From: Candidatus Poriferisodalaceae bacterium
GTDB lineage: Bacteria > Actinomycetota > Acidimicrobiia > Acidimicrobiales > Poriferisodalaceae
Assembly: GCA_047618365.1 (NCBI GenBank)
Contig: JBLHLM010000001.1
Location: 9,254-73,253 of the forward strand
Direction: 5' to 3'
Length of the DNA stretch: 64,000 nucleotides
Shown here: positions 63,284 through 64,000 of the stretch, piece after piece
Numbering within the stretch: the stretch's first letter is position 1
Layout: each line of letters begins with the position of its first letter
The notes under the pieces: model-generated
Database searches by the model: none
Seen by the model: the letters and a program-made list of their open reading frames with translations, nothing else
Told to the model about the DNA's origin: nothing
Translations under genes and position numbers: made by a program

Positions 63284-64000
63284 AACGTAGGCTCGCAGGC
63301 ATCATCGCAGCGATTGTGATGGCCCTCGTCGGAACGACGCTGGTTGCATCGTTCGTGAAGAACGCTGAGGCCAGGGCGCTTGCTGGCGAGGAGCTTGTGG
63401 AGGTGCTGGTTGTTGTCGACGAAGTCGCAGCCGGAACCGATGCTTCTGCTGTGGAAGAGCTGGTTCGCACTGAACTGGTCCCAGTGAAGGTGCGTGCTCA
63501 GAATGCTCTGCACGACCTCACTGAGGTCGAGGGTCTCGTCACCGAGATCCGACTTGAGCCCGGTGAACAGCTGGTTTCGACTCGGTTCGTCGAGCCAGAC
63601 CTCCTGACAGCAGCGAGATTCGCCGTGCCCGACGGCTTACTCGAGGTCACGTTGGCCCTCGATCCCCAGCGGGCAGTCGGCGGCACCCTCCTGCCTGGTG
63701 ACTCCGTGGCGGTTGCTCTTTCGTTCGAACCGTTCGATATCGGGGCGCCTCCCGGAGCCGACCCTGAGGTTCCCGAAACCGTGATTGTCGACGGAACGCG
63801 GCTCGTCGGCGACGCCAAAACCCCAAATAGCACCGGCTTGATACTCAACGGCGTGTTGGTCACCAACGTTCAGCTGGAGGAACTACCTGCGATAGAGGTG
63901 GGTGAATCCGGAGTTGAGGGACGCCAACGCGCCATCGCTCCGACTGGCAACCTGCTCATCACCTTGGCGGTATCTCCCGCCAATGTCGCGCGTTTGGTGT
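63280..64000 (+). CDS. cpaB: Flp pilus assembly protein CpaB/RcpC (3' end runs off the window)
   Basis: Own translation from the GTG at 63280 (GAAGGAG RBS, GTGA overlap): VKRRLAGIIAAIVMALVGTTLVASFVKNAEARAL...VPVKVRAQNALHDLTEVEGLVT...LLPGDSVAV. This is CpaB-like architecture in a tad context. Confidence 0.7.
   Translation, partial: MKRRLAGIIAAIVMALVGTTLVASFVKNAEARALAGEELVEVLVVVDEVAAGTDASAVEELVRTELVPVKVRAQNALHDLTEVEGLVTEIRLEPGEQLVSTRFVEPDLLTAARFAVPDGLLEVTLALDPQRAVGGTLLPGDSVAVALSFEPFDIGAPPGADPEVPETVIVDGTRLVGDAKTPNSTGLILNGVLVTNVQLEELPAIEVGESGVEGRQRAIAPTGNLLITLAVSPANVARLV

Overview
This is a high-GC (by eye roughly 60-65 percent) bacterial chromosomal segment. Its gene content looks actinobacterial: many LLM/F420-type oxidoreductases, an LCP protein, a LigB-like ligase and GluQRS. 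A marine Acidimicrobiia-like organism is my unverified guess. About 65 protein genes are tightly packed on both strands, with many 4-nt ATGA/GTGA stop-start overlaps.

Content:
- Redox and acyl-CoA metabolism dominates: 5 LLM-class oxidoreductases, 5 SDRs, 3 Zn-ADHs, 2 acyl-CoA dehydrogenases, an acyl-CoA synthetase, a carboxyltransferase and 2 PhyH-type dioxygenases.
- Transporters: MFS and EamA.
- Housekeeping: ilvA, gluQ, tag, dus, maf, surE, an ABC-F ATPase and 5-formyl-THF cyclo-ligase.
- From 61.7 kb to the window end a tad/flp pilus locus begins: a flp pilin missed by the ORF track, tadE, a tadG-like gene and cpaB.
- I saw no rRNA, tRNA, CRISPR array, transposase or integrase.

Most interesting observations:
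1. A selenoprotein gene at 24936..25484. Its in-frame TGA (25239-25241, motif U-G-S-C) is followed by a SECIS-like hairpin. It sits in a compact three-gene operon with two proteins of unknown function.
2. Unusually frequent gene damage of several kinds. An AIM24-family gene has three in-frame stops and no frameshift. A two-module membrane protein has an in-frame TAG. An LLM gene and an MFS gene are frameshifted. A LigB-like ligase has two in-frame internal deletions. There are also several gene remnants.
3. Short perfect tandem duplications (8, 13, 15, 15 and 31 bp units) recur at or across gene termini. One of them forms a ladder of four in-frame stop codons.
4. A ~50-bp dispersed repeat brackets a CinA-like gene.

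ORF-track genes were trimmed to the start codon that best fits the family N-terminus, so start positions remain uncertain.
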